NCBI GenBank assembly: GCA_035358315.1
Contig: DAOPPB010000002.1
Coordinates: forward strand, 1 to 55,669
Direction of reading: 5' to 3'
Length of the DNA stretch: 55,669 nt
Source of the DNA: a bacterium
Lineage (GTDB): Bacteria; Patescibacteriota; WWE3; UBA101185; UBA10185
Under the pieces are notes generated by a model. That model worked only from the letters and a program-made list of their open reading frames with translations, ran no database searches and was not told the origin of the DNA. Below are positions 47,353-55,669 of this stretch, in pieces (positions within the stretch are counted from its first letter, which is position 1; each line of letters opens with the position of its first letter). Position numbers and translations under genes: made by a program.

Positions 47353-49899
47353 TTACATATTTCTGCCATGGCAATTCTTGTATTTTTTGCCACTCCCGCA
47401 TGGACAGGGATCGTTTCTGCCTATTTTCTCCTTTCCGGATTCTATCTTTTCCACCTTAAATTCTCTTCCAGAACTATCAACTACCTTTCTTCCCTCTATG
47501 TTGTTCTCAACTCCGGAAACTCCGGTCTCTATCTCACCACGCTGATAATTCAGGTTTCCCATGTTCAGATCTTCTTTTTTCGGAACCGCGTCCTTTGATA
47601 TTGAAACTAATCTATCACCGACCATCGAATATACTTTGGATACCAGAATTTCAAATCTCTCATGCCCCTCTCTTTTATATTCAACCATAGGATCTCTCTG
47701 CGCGTATCCTCTCAGCCCAATTCCTTCTCTTATTTGGTCCATATCTACAAGATGCTCCATCCAAAGATAATCAATGACTGGGCATCCGAATCCGCTCACT
47801 ATCTGATACCATGTTTCTTTTCCAAACTCTTTTTCTTTTTGCTCCCATATCTCCTCTGTTAAAGAAGAGCTCTCGCTGAATTTTTGAATCAGCCAATCTT
47901 TATAGGTCTCCACCCCTTCTCCAAGTTCTAAAATTCTCCTGCGCAGTTTGTAGATTACTTCTCTATGGGTATTCATTATGTCATCCATTTCAACAAGCTG
48001 TTTTCTTCTGTCAAAGTTAAATCCTTCTACCCTCTTCTGAGCATTTTCAATTGACCTTGAAACAATTCCTGCTTCCAAAGGAACATTTTCATCCAAACCG
48101 AATCTGTCCATTATTCTGGAAACGGATTCCCCACCGAAAATTCTCATCAAATCATCCTGCAAAGAAACGAAAAATTTTGATTCACCCGGATCTCCCTGTC
48201 TTCCCGATCTTCCTCTTAACTGATTATCTATTCTCCTGGATTCATGTCTTTCTGTTCCCACAACAAACAATCCCCCTGCCCCAATTACTCTTTTCTGCAT
48301 TTCCAAATCCGGTGGATCTCCTCCTAATATTATGTCAACTCCTCTTCCTGCCATGTTTGTTGAAATAGTTACGGCCCCTTCCCTTCCGGCTTGCGCGATT
48401 ATCAACGCCTCCCTTTCATGGTTTTTTGCATTTAATATTTCATGAGGAATGTTTCTGCGCTGAAGGAAGCGGTGCAAGAGCTCACTCTTATCTACTGAAG
48501 TTGTACCTACTAAAACAGGCTGACCTTTCTTATATCTTTCTTCTATTTCATCAACCACCGCTTTAAATTTTGCAGCTTCGGTTTTATAAACGACATCATT
48601 GTCATCCTTTCTGATACATGGTTTATTAGTCGGAACCACAAGAACTTCTAATTTATATATCTTAAAAAATTCTTCCGATTCGGTTGCCGCGGTACCGGTC
48701 ATACCGGCCAATTTTTCATACATTCTAAAGTAATTCTGATAGGAAATTTCGGCCAATGTCTTGGATTCCTGCTGTATAGTTACACCTTCCTTTGCTTCAA
48801 TGGCCTGATGAAGACCGTTGGAAAATCTGTTGTTAGGAAGAAGCCTTCCTGTGAATTGATCAACAATTATAACTGCACCGTTTTTCACAACATAGTCCCG
48901 ATCTTTTTCATAAAGGGTATTCGCCAAAAGTGCCTGCTCAATAAGATGCACCATCTCAAAATCCTGTTCATATAGATTATCCACTCCCAAAAGTCTCTCA
49001 ACTCTTCTTATTCCCAGATCAGTCAGTGTAACATTTTTATACTTTTCCTCTATTTCGTAGTCCGTATCCTTTATCAAGGATTTCATTATTTCATTTGCCT
49101 GATGATACCTCTCACTCGGTTTGGCATCGGCCGCGGATATTATCAACGGAGTTCTAGCCATATCTATTAATATGGAATCTACCTCATCAACAATTGCAAA
49201 ATTGTGCACACCCCATTCTCCGTTAGCATTAGTTTGAACCATTTGGGAAAGAGATCTGACCATATTGTCCCTCAGATAATCAAAACCGAACTCATGATTA
49301 GTTCCGTAAACTATGTCGCACTTGTATGCTTCCTGCCTACTAACTTCACGAAGATGAACCGAGTAAGAATCTTCAAATTCCTTTCCGATGTGGGACGGGT
49401 CATAAACAAAAGCCCTTTCCTGCATAATTACTCCTACCGAAACTCCTAAATAATCATAAATAGGACCCATCCATCCCGCGCCGTGTCTTGAAAGATAATC
49501 GTTCGGAGTAACAAGATGAGCTCCTTTACCAGTAAGTGAGTTCAGATAAAGCGGAAGTGTAGCGGTCAAAGTTTTACCTTCGCCGGTTTTTTGCTCTGCA
49601 ATCTTTCCCTGATGAAGAATAATTCCTGCTAAAATTTGAACGTCGTAATGTCTCATATTCAAAGTTCGGGAAGAGACCTCCCTAACCAACGCATAAGCTT
49701 CCGGAAGAATTTCGTTCAACCGTTCTTCTATCCCGTTATCTTTTATACCTTTAAACTCCTTCTTCCACTCCTCGGTTTTTTTCTGCATGTCTTCCTTTGA
49801 AAGATTTTTAACACTATCTTCAAAGGAATTTACCTTATCAACAACGGGCCATATCTTTTTCAGTTGTTTTTCATTTGTATCAAAAATGGATCCGAACAT
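47353..49899 (-). CDS. secA: preprotein translocase ATPase SecA
   Basis: 848 aa. DEAD-like motor motifs (MRHYDVQ, EQKTGEGKTL, DEVDSILID) and C-terminal Zn motif CPCGSGKKYKNCHG. Confidence 0.97.
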   Translation of the reverse strand: MFGSIFDTNEKQLKKIWPVVDKVNSFEDSVKNLSKEDMQKKTEEWKKEFKGIKDNGIEERLNEILPEAYALVREVSSRTLNMRHYDVQILAGIILHQGKIAEQKTGEGKTLTATLPLYLNSLTGKGAHLVTPNDYLSRHGAGWMGPIYDYLGVSVGVIMQERAFVYDPSHIGKEFEDSYSVHLREVSRQEAYKCDIVYGTNHEFGFDYLRDNMVRSLSQMVQTNANGEWGVHNFAIVDEVDSILIDMARTPLIISAADAKPSERYHQANEIMKSLIKDTDYEIEEKYKNVTLTDLGIRRVERLLGVDNLYEQDFEMVHLIEQALLANTLYEKDRDYVVKNGAVIIVDQFTGRLLPNNRFSNGLHQAIEAKEGVTIQQESKTLAEISYQNYFRMYEKLAGMTGTAATESEEFFKIYKLEVLVVPTNKPCIRKDDNDVVYKTEAAKFKAVVDEIEERYKKGQPVLVGTTSVDKSELLHRFLQRRNIPHEILNAKNHEREALIIAQAGREGAVTISTNMAGRGVDIILGGDPPDLEMQKRVIGAGGLFVVGTERHESRRIDNQLRGRSGRQGDPGESKFFVSLQDDLMRIFGGESVSRIMDRFGLDENVPLEAGIVSRSIENAQKRVEGFNFDRRKQLVEMDDIMNTHREVIYKLRRRILELGEGVETYKDWLIQKFSESSSLTEEIWEQKEKEFGKETWYQIVSGFGCPVIDYLWMEHLVDMDQIREGIGLRGYAQRDPMVEYKREGHERFEILVSKVYSMVGDRLVSISKDAVPKKEDLNMGNLNYQRGEIETGVSGVENNIEGRKVVDSSGREFKVEKIESGKEKIGRNDPCPCGSGKKYKNCHGRNM

Positions 49900-49941
49900 A
49901 GCAAACTGATTTTAGCAGATTATTCTGCTGAAGTTTAAAAA

Positions 49942-50760
49942 CTACATGAAGGATAAAATTACAAGAAAAAGAGCTAAACCCAATCTGTAATATATAAAAG
50001 GATAAAGTTTGTTGTCTCTTGTAAATTTCAGCATAAATTTTATTGCAAAACACCCGGTTATAAAACTTGACACAAAACCTAAGAAAATAGGCATAATATT
50101 TGCCATATTAAAGTAACCAAAAGAGGACACAGCCTGAGAAATGCCGGCAAATAAAACAGCCGGAATAGAAAGCAGAAATGAGAATCTGACACTCTCTTTC
50201 CTGCTTAATCCAAAAATCATTCCTCCGGAAATTGTTGACCCTGAACGCGAAAATCCCGGCAACAAAGATAATGTTTGAAATAATCCAACCCTGAAACTTT
50301 TTTTAAGCGAAATCTCATCTTTGATGATAAGCCTTTTTTTATATTTTTTTTCGGCCAGAAGCATAAGCAAACTTCCCAATGTCAGAAAAATCGCAACAGC
50401 TATCAAACCCCTAAATCTTCTCTCTATAAAATCTCCCAGAAAAAAACCCAATATTCCTACAGGAATGGATCCAACTATTACCTTTAGACCCATCATTGAA
50501 TTGGCAGAATAATGAACAATTTTTCCTTTGTATTTAGATATATCTTTCACCAAAGATTTAATAATGGAAACAATCTCGCTCCAAAAACAAACAATGAGTG
50601 CCAATGCGGTAGCCAGATGAAGCGTAGTGTCAAAGACTAATTCCTGTTCTTTCCATCCGAAAAGCTTCGGAAAGACTATTAAATGTGCGGAAGATGAAAC
50701 AGGAAGAAATTCTGTGATCCCCTGAACTATTCCTAATAAAATTGCTTGTAAAATAGACAC
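49942..50760 (-). CDS. uppP: undecaprenyl-diphosphate phosphatase
   Basis: ILQAILLGIVQGITEFLPVSSSAHL signature. GTG start at 50760 with AAGGA 7 nt upstream, 11 nt after the upstream stop. The ORF-track ATG at 50838 would overlap the upstream gene by 68 nt. Confidence 0.85.
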   Translation of the reverse strand: MSILQAILLGIVQGITEFLPVSSSAHLIVFPKLFGWKEQELVFDTTLHLATALALIVCFWSEIVSIIKSLVKDISKYKGKIVHYSANSMMGLKVIVGSIPVGILGFFLGDFIERRFRGLIAVAIFLTLGSLLMLLAEKKYKKRLIIKDEISLKKSFRVGLFQTLSLLPGFSRSGSTISGGMIFGLSRKESVRFSFLLSIPAVLFAGISQAVSSFGYFNMANIMPIFLGFVSSFITGCFAIKFMLKFTRDNKLYPFIYYRLGLALFLVILSFM

Positions 50761-50770
50761 GAATATATCC

Positions 50771-51460
50771 TTAAACCTTTCCAAAAATTGTAATGTTATC
50801 AGAATTTGTATACCCAGCCACAACCTCAGATTCAACACTTTCTATATACTTCTCAAGATTATCGATAAAAATATTTACTTCTTCCTGATACTCTTCTGTG
50901 TAAACTCTATTAAAAACCAAAAATCCTCCCGGCTTTACCAGCCTCTTAGTTGCAGTTATAAAGTTCCCCGTTTTTCCCAAATCCGGAAATTTCTCCCCAT
51001 TTAAAATATCCACTATCAAAACGTCAAGACTTCCTAAGTCTATACCATAATTTTCCGGTTCAATAACAACTCTTAAGGCATCGTCATTTATTATCTTATG
51101 ATTGGGAACCGAATCTATATCAAAAAACTTTTTTGCTATATCAATCATTGCTTCATCATATTCAACACTGATTATTTCTGCATTCGGATAATTTCTGGAT
51201 ATTAAGTGCGCAATTGTTCCTCCCCCCATCCCGAGTATAAGAACCTTACTTATTTCCGGAAGTCGTTCTTTTAATGAATTCACCAATTGCCCCCAATAAA
51301 GATTTGGACAGGCGGGAGAATCTGGGTTGATAGACTGCACAGCATTTTCTACAAATATTCTCCTGGTTTTTCCGACATCCACAACTCTTATCCTGCCGTT
51401 TAATTCGGACTCTGTTTCGTAAATGACCCGAGGCATTTCAAGCCCCTTAAAAATACTCAT
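50771..51460 (-). CDS. spermidine-synthase-fold, SAM-dependent methyltransferase-like protein
   Basis: 229 aa. VLILGMGGGTIAHLISRNYPNAEIISVEYDEAMIDIAKKFF is a Rossmann motif I plus acidic loop. Confidence 0.6.
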   Translation of the reverse strand: MSIFKGLEMPRVIYETESELNGRIRVVDVGKTRRIFVENAVQSINPDSPACPNLYWGQLVNSLKERLPEISKVLILGMGGGTIAHLISRNYPNAEIISVEYDEAMIDIAKKFFDIDSVPNHKIINDDALRVVIEPENYGIDLGSLDVLIVDILNGEKFPDLGKTGNFITATKRLVKPGGFLVFNRVYTEEYQEEVNIFIDNLEKYIESVESEVVAGYTNSDNITIFGKV

Positions 51461-51480
51461 TAGTAAAATCGTAACACAAA

Positions 51481-52824
51481 TTATTTTTTCGGAAGAATTT
51501 TCTCAAAACCCGTATATTTTTGTAAAGCCTGCGGAATTATTACCGATCCGTTTTCCTCCTGGTGATTCTCCAAAAGAGCAATAATTGCTCTCCCAAAAGC
51601 AACACCAGTATCGTTGACCGTCCTTGCAAATTTCAAACCATCTTCGCCCTTGTATTTTATATTCAGTCTTCTTGCCTGATAGTCCGTAGTCATAGTATCC
51701 GTTCCTGCTTCCATATATTCCCTATCCGCAGGACGCCAAACTTCAACATCGTGCTGAAAATATGTAGCACTGTATCCACAATCTCCCGTACACTTATTCA
51801 CTATCCTGTAAGGAATTTCCAACAATTGAAAAAGCCATTCATTTATCTCCAGAAACTCATCAAATATCTTTCTTTCCTGATTTCCCGTACATACAGCATT
51901 CATTTCCAGTTTATCAAACTGATGCACGCGCTTTATTCCCCTGACATCTTTTCCCCACGAACCAACCTCACTTCTAAAACATGTTGTTTGTGCATATATT
52001 TTTACCGGCAACTCTTCTTCCTTCAAAACCTTATCCATAAAATATGAAAAATTTGACGGTTCTGAAGAACCTACCAAAAACAGCGCCTCACCTTCTTCTA
52101 CATTTTCATTTTTTATTTCATAAACCTGCGACCTTCCTTCGGGAAAATGTGATGTTCCGAATAAAGATCTTTCTTTTACAAGAAGAGGAGGAATCATCGG
52201 AGTGAATCCTCTTTTTAATAGCTCTTCCTTCAAAAGTGAGGATATAGCATCCTGGATTATTACTGCTTCATTTTTAAGGTAACAAAACCTGCTCCCCGAC
52301 ACCTTCCCGCTCTGCCTGACATCAATAATATCCAACTTTTCTCCGAGGTCCACATGATCCTTATAAGGAAAATCAGTTTTCGGGGCGTAGGAAATACCAT
52401 CATATTTAACCGGCTTATCAATATTTACATAGCCCTCTCCCGGATTCCAAACTTTCACTATTACATTATCATGCTCGTCCTTACCGATAGGCATTTCCTC
52501 TGATACGATATTAGGTATAAAAGGCAAAAACTCATCAATCTTTTTTTTCAGCTCATTCATCTCCTTCTCAGATAGTGAAAGCTCCTCTTTTAGCGACGAC
52601 GCCTTGAATATTAAATCTTTCTTCTCAGCACTATCTGACAGCGCGGGTATTTTTGAAGATATCTCATTTCTTAAATTTCTAAGCTTCTCAACATTTTTCA
52701 GAACTTCGAGATACTCATCATAAATTTTCAGAAGCTCATCGACATTTACACCTTTTATGCCTCTCTGTTCAATTACTTCTTTAACCCGTGTGCTGTTTTT
52801 CTTTATAAAATTAATATCCAACAT
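51481..52824 (-). CDS. serS: seryl-tRNA synthetase
   Basis: 447 aa. N-terminal coiled-coil arm (MLDINFIKKN...) and class II core motifs (...GSRFCYLKNEA..., ...CFRSEVGS...). Confidence 0.93.
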   Translation of the reverse strand: MLDINFIKKNSTRVKEVIEQRGIKGVNVDELLKIYDEYLEVLKNVEKLRNLRNEISSKIPALSDSAEKKDLIFKASSLKEELSLSEKEMNELKKKIDEFLPFIPNIVSEEMPIGKDEHDNVIVKVWNPGEGYVNIDKPVKYDGISYAPKTDFPYKDHVDLGEKLDIIDVRQSGKVSGSRFCYLKNEAVIIQDAISSLLKEELLKRGFTPMIPPLLVKERSLFGTSHFPEGRSQVYEIKNENVEEGEALFLVGSSEPSNFSYFMDKVLKEEELPVKIYAQTTCFRSEVGSWGKDVRGIKRVHQFDKLEMNAVCTGNQERKIFDEFLEINEWLFQLLEIPYRIVNKCTGDCGYSATYFQHDVEVWRPADREYMEAGTDTMTTDYQARRLNIKYKGEDGLKFARTVNDTGVAFGRAIIALLENHQEENGSVIIPQALQKYTGFEKILPKK

Positions 52825-52831
52825 CCGTTAC

Positions 52832-52860
52832 ATTAAACCTTTTTTTCATTGCTTTTTCAA
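52832..52860 (-). promoter_or_regulatory. candidate serS promoter (TTGAAA-17 nt-TTTAAT), -10 ends 7 nt before the ATG
   Basis: Minus strand reads TTGAAA aagcaatgaaaaaaagg TTTAAT gtaacgg ATG. No Shine-Dalgarno in between. Confidence 0.35.
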
Positions 52861-52961
52861 TAAGTGATGATAATATTAATCATTAATATCGCGAATAAAT
52901 CGCGTTGATAAGTTATAGAAATACAAAAAATAAGGGCCCAAATTCAGAAATATTTGGGTTA

Positions 52962-52990
52962 TTGACCTGAAAAAGTTGTTCTGATACAAT
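52962..52990 (+). promoter_or_regulatory. near-consensus sigma-70-type promoter of the infA-rpoA operon
   Basis: TTGACC (52962..52967), 17-nt spacer, TACAAT (52985..52990), 19 nt upstream of the infA ATG. Confidence 0.55.
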
Positions 52991-53009
52991 CAAGCGCGTC
53001 GTTTAAAGG

Positions 53010-53228
53010 ATGACTACAAAGGAAGTAATTACAAAAGAAGGAAAAGTAGTTGAAGCTCAAATGAGCGGCATGTTCAAAGTACGATTTGACGATGAGACGG
53101 AAGCGCTGGCCGTGATATCGGGGAAGATGAGAAAACAACACATTAGAGTTTTAATCGGAGACAGGGTAAAAGTGGAGTTTTCCCCTCACGATCTAACAAG
53201 AGGAAGAATTACTTTTCGTTTAAAATAA
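53010..53228 (+). CDS. infA: translation initiation factor IF-1
   Basis: 72 aa. ...[38 protein letters not shown]. Confidence 0.95.
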   Translation: MTTKEVITKEGKVVEAQMSGMFKVRFDDETEALAVISGKMRKQHIRVLIGDRVKVEFSPHDLTRGRITFRLK

Positions 53229-53234
53229 AATAAA

Positions 53235-53351
53235 ATGAAAGTTCGTTCATCAGTAAAACCTATTTGCAAAGATTGCAAAGTAATTAGAAGAAAAGGTGTT
53301 GTCAGGGTTATTTGTAAAAGAAACCCCAAGCACAAACAAAGACAAGGTTAA
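53235..53351 (+). CDS. rpmJ: 50S ribosomal protein L36
   Basis: Not in the ORF track (38 aa). ATG 53235 translates to [38 protein letters not shown] with TAA at 53349..53351. Confidence 0.92.
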   Translation: MKVRSSVKPICKDCKVIRRKGVVRVICKRNPKHKQRQG

Positions 53352-53353
53352 AT

Positions 53354-53740
53354 ATGCCCCGTATTAAAGGTGTTGATATACCTAATGAAAAAAGAATAGA
53401 AATATCGTTAACTTACATTGAGGGAATCGGTTTAACCACTTCCAGAAAAGTTTTGAAAATGGCTAACATCAATCCTGATAAAAGAGCTAAGGATTTAACT
53501 GACACGGAAATAGCTGAAATAAATAATGCGATATCTTCTATGGGCATACCCATAGAAGGGGAGCTTAGAAGAATAACTGCTTCAAATATAAGAAGATTAA
53601 AAGAGATAAAAAGTTACAGGGGTCTAAGACACCAGCTTGGTCTTCCTGTCAGGGGCCAAAGAACCAGAACAAACGCCAGAACAAGAAAAGGAAAGAAGAA
53701 AACGGTCGGGGGTCAAAAGAGAAAATTAACTAAGAAATAA
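53354..53740 (+). CDS. rpsM: 30S ribosomal protein S13
   Basis: [26 protein letters not shown]. Confidence 0.95.
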   Translation: MPRIKGVDIPNEKRIEISLTYIEGIGLTTSRKVLKMANINPDKRAKDLTDTEIAEINNAISSMGIPIEGELRRITASNIRRLKEIKSYRGLRHQLGLPVRGQRTRTNARTRKGKKKTVGGQKRKLTKK

Positions 53741-53761
53741 GGGTATAAAAGGATAACAAAT

Positions 53762-54136
53762 ATGCCGAAGAAAAAGAAAGAAAAACAAATACCATCTACC
53801 GGAAGAGCTTATATTGTCGCCGGTATGAACAATACAATAATTACTATTACGGATGAAATGGGAAATACCCTTTTCTCCGGAAGTGCCGGAAAATCCGGTT
53901 TTAAAGGGTCACGTAAATCTACTCCGTACGCAGCCACAAGAGCAGCAGAAGAAGCCGGAGCGTCTGCTTTTAACGCCGGGATAAGAGACGTATCCGTTTT
54001 TGTAAAAGGACCCGGGATGGGGAGAATTTCTTCAATAAAAGCTTTGAAAACAGCAGGGTTAAATATCACTTCAATTTCGGACCAAACACCTATACCGCAT
54101 AACGGGTGCAGGCCTAAGAACAGGAGGAGAGTATAG
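53762..54136 (+). CDS. rpsK: 30S ribosomal protein S11
   Basis: ...[21 protein letters not shown]...[12 protein letters not shown]... Confidence 0.95.
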   Translation: MPKKKKEKQIPSTGRAYIVAGMNNTIITITDEMGNTLFSGSAGKSGFKGSRKSTPYAATRAAEEAGASAFNAGIRDVSVFVKGPGMGRISSIKALKTAGLNITSISDQTPIPHNGCRPKNRRRV

Positions 54137-54739
54137 ATGGCAAGATATGTAGGACCAAAATGCAGAATGTGCAGGAGAGAGGGAGTTAAACTCTACTTAA
54201 AAGGTAAAAGATGCGAGAGCGACAAATGCCCCTTAAATAATAAAAGTCAGGCTCCGGGGCAGCATGGAACCTCAAGAAAAGCTTTGTCCGAATACGGAAA
54301 GCAGCTAAGAGAAAAACAAAAGGCAAAAAGACTTTACGGCGTTATGGAAAAACAATTCAGAAATTATATAAACGATGCGTTGAGAGCGAAAGGTGTTTCC
54401 GGAGACATTTTAATGCAAAAGTTGGAATCAAGATTTGATAATCTTGTTTACAGAAGCGGGTTTGCAGTATCAAGAGCACAGGCTAGACAAAACATAAGAA
54501 GGGGCTTGTTCATGGTAAACGGAAAAAAGGTAAATATTCCATCAATGCAAATTAAAATTGGGGATATAATAAAACCCGTTGATTTTGAAAAAATCAGTTT
54601 AAGAGAGGGCTTTATTATGCCCGATTGGCTGGAAGCGAACGTTAAGGAAAAATATGTTAAATATCTAAGACTGCCCACAGAGGAAGATCTTCAGGAAAAA
54701 ATTGACATTCAGTCAATCATAGAGTTTTATTCAAGATAA
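54137..54739 (+). CDS. rpsD: 30S ribosomal protein S4
   Basis: MARYVGPKCRMCRREGVKLYLKGKRC start and an S4 RNA-binding domain. Confidence 0.95.
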   Translation: MARYVGPKCRMCRREGVKLYLKGKRCESDKCPLNNKSQAPGQHGTSRKALSEYGKQLREKQKAKRLYGVMEKQFRNYINDALRAKGVSGDILMQKLESRFDNLVYRSGFAVSRAQARQNIRRGLFMVNGKKVNIPSMQIKIGDIIKPVDFEKISLREGFIMPDWLEANVKEKYVKYLRLPTEEDLQEKIDIQSIIEFYSR

Positions 54740-54783
54740 TTTTGAAAACTTTGCAAAAACGCGAAGTTTTTGAGGAGGAAAAA

Positions 54784-55669
54784 ATGGAAGCCACAAAAGA
54801 AAATTTAAAAATAAATACTATCAAGGAAGATGGAAATACGGGCGTTTACTCATTTGAACCACTGCCAACAGGTTTCGGGTATACACTGGCAAACGCCTTT
54901 AGAAGAGTTCTCCTAACTTCCATCAGAGGTGCGGCCGCTACGCAAGTAAAAATAAACGGCGCTGCTCATCAGTTCACCACACTACAAGGAGTAAAGGAAG
55001 ATATAGTGGAAATTACCCTGAATTTAAAAAAGATCCGATTCAAGAGTCACTCAAGCGAGCCTGTTGTTGTTACATTAAGTAAAAAAGGTCCGGGGAAAGT
55101 TACCGCTAAGGATATAGAACTTACATCAGATGTTGAAGTTATGAATAAAGATCAGCACATAGCTACACTGGCAGATGCTAAATCAAAGCTGGAAATGGAA
55201 ATAGTTGTAGAACAAGGAATAGGATATTCTCCGATGGAAGATAGGCAAACCTCAAAAGTAGGAGTTGTAATTTTGGATGCTCTTTTCTCCCCTATAGTTA
55301 GTGCCAATTATGAAATAGAACCTACCAGATTTGGGGGGAGAACAGATTTAGATAAAATAACGCTGACAGTAGAAACCGATGGTAGTATTTCTCCGAAGGA
55401 AGCAATAAGAGAGTCTGCCAAAATATTAAAAGAATATTACGAGAAAGTTGAAGAGTGGAAACAAGACTCTTCGGAAGAAAAGATTCAGGAAAAAACCAGA
55501 ACCGGAATTAAAACAAATGAGGACTTTTCTGTAGAAGACCTCCCCTTGCAGACCAGAACCATAAACGCCCTAAAAAAGAGCAAGATAAACACCCTTCAGG
55601 AACTAGCTAAAAGACTAATGAGGAGCTGGAAGATATAAAAAATATAGGAGAAAAATCTTTACAGGAGAT
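54784..55669 (+). CDS. rpoA: DNA-directed RNA polymerase subunit alpha (3' end beyond the window; apparent -1 frame change near 55609..55613)
   Basis: GAGGAGG Shine-Dalgarno 5 nt before ATG 54784. FEPLPTGFGYTLANAFRRVLLTSIRGAA. Frame 0 stops at 55636..55638, but the -1 frame continues with the conserved alpha-CTD motif KTNEELEDIKNIGEKSLQE. Confidence 0.85.

Noticed and set aside
1-55669. Search for defence systems, toxin-antitoxin pairs, prophage or transposon genes, tRNA/rRNA/tmRNA, and riboswitches in spacers longer than 100 nt (32803-33001, 34572-34775, 44812-44993, 52825-53009).
   Set aside because: No ORF has nuclease, ATPase-defence, integrase or transposase hallmarks. The four long spacers are AT-rich with only the short hairpins reported above. 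No cloverleaf-like or long GC-rich structured segments are visible.

Overview
AT-rich, almost fully coding bacterial window, read with the standard genetic code (TGA acts as a stop at conserved C-termini). Positions 1-45,539 form one uninterrupted minus-strand gene array. (i) A ~21 kb envelope-glycosylation island: five GT-C-fold integral-membrane glycosyltransferases (one of DUF2079 type), five GT2 genes (one fused to GtrA), three GT4 genes, two MOP/Wzx-type flippases, one UPF0104/LPG-synthase-TM-like protein and UDP-glucose 6-dehydrogenase. (ii) A membrane-anchored CAP/SCP protein, adk, a YbaB-like gene and secY. (iii) The complete spc and S10 ribosomal clusters, tuf, fusA, rpsG, rpsL, rpoC, rpoB and lepB. 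The 45.6-52.8 kb segment holds a TPR-tailed GT-C protein (+), then secA, uppP, a spermidine-synthase-fold methyltransferase and serS (-). The 53.0-55.7 kb segment (+) is the alpha operon infA-rpmJ-rpsM-rpsK-rpsD-rpoA; rpoA runs off the window and shows an apparent frameshift. I found no rRNA, tRNA, CRISPR, transposase, integrase, phage or recognisable defence/toxin genes. The missing L30 gene, a 144-aa mini-L3 and the GT-C-rich island fit a Candidate Phyla Radiation (Patescibacteria) genome; this is inference. The least ordinary signal is a family of four GC-rich double palindromes (paired GGGCTSAGCCC half-sites) confined to the glycosylation island. They sit at gene junctions, donate a stop codon and C-terminal tails, and one copy is inserted in frame in a flippase gene. 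I do not see a convincing novel multi-gene system beyond that; most of the window is conserved housekeeping.
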